DNA of 64,000 nt, taken from an uncultured Acidobacteriota bacterium (GTDB lineage Bacteria > Acidobacteriota > UBA6911). The notes beneath the pieces were generated by a model. The model was not told where the DNA came from, did not search any database, and was given only the letters and a program-made list of their open reading frames with translations. The stretch covers positions 288,001-352,000 of the forward strand of contig CAWEJX010000001.1 of the NCBI GenBank assembly GCA_963809485.1, written 5' to 3'. Made by a program: the position numbers and the translations under genes. How positions within the stretch are numbered: the stretch's first letter is position 1; the number at the start of each line of letters is the position of its first letter. Below are positions 61,231 through 64,000 of this stretch, one piece after another.

Positions 61231-62685
61231 ATGGATAACTCAAACGAAGAACGCCTGAAGATTGCAGTGTTCATCGATTTCGACAACATTGCGATCGGTG
61301 TAAAACAATCCCTCAACCGCAACTTTGATGTCGGCACCGTCCTCGAGGCGATCAAAGAAAAAGGTGAGGTAGTGACAAAAATCGCATACGGGGACTGGAA
61401 ACGCGCGGAGGATTTCAGCCGGGCCATGACCCAGCATGCCGTCCAGATGGTGCAGCGGAATCTCACGCCGGGTGGCGATAAAAACGGGGCCGATATCGCT
61501 CTCGCGCTGGACGCTCTCGAGATGGCCTTCACTCGCGACCATATCAATGCATTTGTCATCGTGGGCGGAGACAGCGACTTCATAGCGTTGGTTGAAAAGC
61601 TGAAGCAATACGACAAAACGGTTTTCGTGGTCGGAGGACGCGCGTTCACAAGCGTCATCCTTCAGAAAAACTGCCACGAGTTCATCTCCTATGAAAACCT
61701 TGTCGGCATTCACACAGGGGCCCGGAAGGCTTCCGGCAAATCCCAGGGTTCCAGCACCTCGTCCCTGGGGAATGCCCTCCCGATTATCCGCAGAGCTCTC
61801 AAGATCCTCTCCGACCGCGAGGTGTCGCCGCAACTGGGATTGCTGAAAAGCACCCTGCTCCAGCTCGATTCGACTTTTTCGGAAAGAGACTATGGAGTCA
61901 GCAGCTTCCGCGATTTCATCCAGAAACTGGCGGACGCCGGACATGTCCACCTGAAACAGGTTGACCGGAGCCTCCTGGTCGAACTCAAAGAAACCGAGGA
62001 AGCGCAAAGGGAAAGGGATGATGCGGAACCCCCCGCAGCCGCACCGGAGCCTTCGCCCGAACCTGCCGCGGCGGCCCCGGAACAACCGGCGAGCTCAGCC
62101 CAGGCATCCGAGGCTATCCGTGTTTTGCAGGACCTCCTCCGGGAATCGAGATTCAAACCACACTGGCCGATGTATTTGCGGACTTTCAAGCAGCTGTTGA
62201 GATCCCTGCAACCGCCCTTCGATGAACACCAGTACGGCTTGTCGAGCACTTACGACCTGGTCCGACAGGCCCAAAAAGACGGGCTTCTCCGCGTCGAACG
62301 CAACCGGCAGGGGATCCTGCGCATCTTCCCGGCCGAAAGGTATCCCAAGCCCTCTCAGGAACAGCCTTCAGAAGAGCAGGCCCCCGTTGAATCGATCCAG
62401 TCCGAATTGGATATGTCAGTTTCGGAAACCGAGAGGCCGATGCCGGAAGCCGTCGGGCCTCTGCCGGAGCCTCCTGCAGAGGCCGCTGAGCCCATTGCGG
62501 CAAAGGAGACAGCCGCCGAAATTCTGCCGGAAGAGGTTAAGCAAACGCCGGCGCAGAAGCCGAAAACAAGGCGCAGGAAGACAGCCTCAACAGCTTCTGC
62601 GAAATCCGGGAAAGGCAAGAAGCGCAGGACGAAGCCTGCGAAAGAAAAAACGAAGGAAAGTCCAAAACTGCCGCGAATGGATTAG
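61231..62685 (+). CDS. NYN-domain (LabA/DUF88) protein with OST-HTH/LOTUS domains
   Basis: FIDFDN, AYGDW, KNGADI, GDSDF, FSERDYGVSSF, and a low-complexity Pro/Glu then Lys-rich tail. Confidence 0.9.
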   Translation: MDNSNEERLKIAVFIDFDNIAIGVKQSLNRNFDVGTVLEAIKEKGEVVTKIAYGDWKRAEDFSRAMTQHAVQMVQRNLTPGGDKNGADIALALDALEMAFTRDHINAFVIVGGDSDFIALVEKLKQYDKTVFVVGGRAFTSVILQKNCHEFISYENLVGIHTGARKASGKSQGSSTSSLGNALPIIRRALKILSDREVSPQLGLLKSTLLQLDSTFSERDYGVSSFRDFIQKLADAGHVHLKQVDRSLLVELKETEEAQRERDDAEPPAAAPEPSPEPAAAAPEQPASSAQASEAIRVLQDLLRESRFKPHWPMYLRTFKQLLRSLQPPFDEHQYGLSSTYDLVRQAQKDGLLRVERNRQGILRIFPAERYPKPSQEQPSEEQAPVESIQSELDMSVSETERPMPEAVGPLPEPPAEAAEPIAAKETAAEILPEEVKQTPAQKPKTRRRKTASTASAKSGKGKKRRTKPAKEKTKESPKLPRMD

Positions 62686-62811
62686 GAATCGATCAAGAGA
62701 ACGCCGGGCCACGGATTGCACGGATCAGCGGATGCTCGCGCATCCGGGCTTGATCTCAGGCAATACTCACCGATTTCCGGAAATTATGTTCCATCGCTCG
62801 AGGGATTTCCT

Positions 62812-63024
62812 ATGAACTGGGAGTGGATCTCCGAAAAAGGCACGAGCTTGATGGCCGGCATTGCCGGGCTTTTTTTTATCGCTGTGGCGTTGCTGGACAG
62901 CCGGTATCGATACTTTTTCCTGTGCGCAGCCGTCATCGCTTTCTACTGTGCCTATAGGCAGTACAAAAAGCGCGACACCCCCTTTGAGAAGCATGAAAGG
63001 GAGATTCGACGCAAGCGTTTGTAG
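62812..63024 (+). CDS. Small membrane protein (2 TM, basic C-terminal tail)
   Basis: GAGGG before ATG 62812; two hydrophobic segments. Confidence 0.6.
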   Translation: MNWEWISEKGTSLMAGIAGLFFIAVALLDSRYRYFFLCAAVIAFYCAYRQYKKRDTPFEKHEREIRRKRL

Positions 63025-63036
63025 CGGAGGGGGAAA

Positions 63037-63065
63037 GGGGGTAAAAGAGTCTTCCCTTTACCCCC
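63037..63065. terminator. Hairpin between convergent genes
   Basis: GGGGGTAAA-N11-TTTACCCCC stem; no clear U-tract. Confidence 0.4.
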
Positions 63066-63091
63066 CCGGGGACCCACCGCGGGCGAAGCGG

Positions 63092-64000
63092 CTACTTGGT
63101 GCGCCGGTTGATCATGATCAGCATATTCTTGGCGCTTTCCAGCTTGGCCTCGTCCTTGCCGGTCTCAACGTATTTTGTCAGCAGTTCCTTGGTGCGGCTG
63201 TCTTTTTCTTTGCCATCCGCATAGTACATCTGCCCAAGATCGAAATAGGCATCCGAATTATCCGGATTTACTTTCAGAAGCCGCTCCAATGCGGCTTCAG
63301 CGAGCTGAGGCTGTTTGTTCTTGGAGCTCGCCGCCAATGCGAGCAGGGTTTGTTCCGGGCTTTGGGATCCTGCCGCCTTCGGATCTGCCAGCACTTCAAC
63401 CGCTTCGTCGTATTTCTTGCCGTCCAGGTAATATTGCGCAAAGGAGTTGCGGTATTCGCTTGCTTTATCGGCGGGAGCAAGCTCGATCGACTTTTTGAAC
63501 GCAGCCACAGCGGCGTCTTCCTGATTCAGCTTGGCATGCGCACGGGCCATCTGCCGCCACAGCGGCGATTGCTTGTCCTGCGCCACCAGGGCTTTGGATT
63601 CCTCATATTTTTTGAGCGCGCCCGCGGCGTCTCCATCCTGAAGCAGCTTGTTCCCTTCGTTCATGAAGGTCTGGGCCTTGTCCAGAACCATGCCTTCTTT
63701 CCTGGCATTAATCTGAGCTTTCAGGTCGGTGTATGCTTTTTCCGTCGGTTTCAGTTTGAGGGCATTTTCCAGAGACGCCAGCGCCTCGTCAAACTGCTTG
63801 GCGTTCGTCAGCGCAATGGCAAGATTGGCATGATATTCGGAATTGTTCGGATCGGATTTGACGGCTTCCTTGAACTGGACAACGGCCTCGTCATATTTCT
63901 GCTGCCTGAGGGCGGATTCCCCCCTGAGCGCCGGCATTCTCTTGAGCAGCTGCTGTGCGTTTTGACTCATCTGTTCGTAGGGATTCGGACCGTTGGGATT
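63092..64000 (-). CDS. Tetratricopeptide repeat protein (5'-truncated by window edge)
   Basis: Repeated TPR motifs (YDEAVVQFKEAVKSDPNN, AYFDLG); frame is open to the window end. Confidence 0.9.
   Translation of the reverse strand, partial: NPNGPNPYEQMSQNAQQLLKRMPALRGESALRQQKYDEAVVQFKEAVKSDPNNSEYHANLAIALTNAKQFDEALASLENALKLKPTEKAYTDLKAQINARKEGMVLDKAQTFMNEGNKLLQDGDAAGALKKYEESKALVAQDKQSPLWRQMARAHAKLNQEDAAVAAFKKSIELAPADKASEYRNSFAQYYLDGKKYDEAVEVLADPKAAGSQSPEQTLLALAASSKNKQPQLAEAALERLLKVNPDNSDAYFDLGQMYYADGKEKDSRTKELLTKYVETGKDEAKLESAKNMLIMINRRTK

Overview
This is a GC-rich bacterial chromosomal window. The gene content is consistent with an anaerobic Acidobacteriota-like organism, but that taxonomy is inference only. 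Housekeeping genes include ligA, accD, pdxB, hpnI/hpnK, mazG, rne/rng, mreBCD-mrdA-rodA, a PpiD-like isomerase, thiM, coaX, mutM, moaC, moeA, a Lon-like protease, glmS and tadA. The main feature is an ~18 kb co-directional redox locus at 39903-57673. Its order is hdrC, hdrB, the N-terminal half of hdrA, a five-gene DRTGG/kinase/[FeFe]-hydrogenase-like/PHP module, HydC/HydD/HydB-like NADH-module genes, a HydA/NuoG-like Fe-S domain fused to the C-terminal half of hdrA, mvhD, mvhG, mvhA, a maturation protease and a sensor kinase/sigma-54 regulator pair. mvhA has an in-frame UGA at a Ni-site Cys followed by a SECIS-like hairpin. Three copies of a ~403 bp non-coding element have IS200/IS605-like ends and a long internal rod hairpin. 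Other observations are two sigma-54-like promoters, an unusual response regulator and several heptamer micro-repeats. No rRNA, tRNA or CRISPR array was seen. All calls come from motif recognition by eye; no searches were run.
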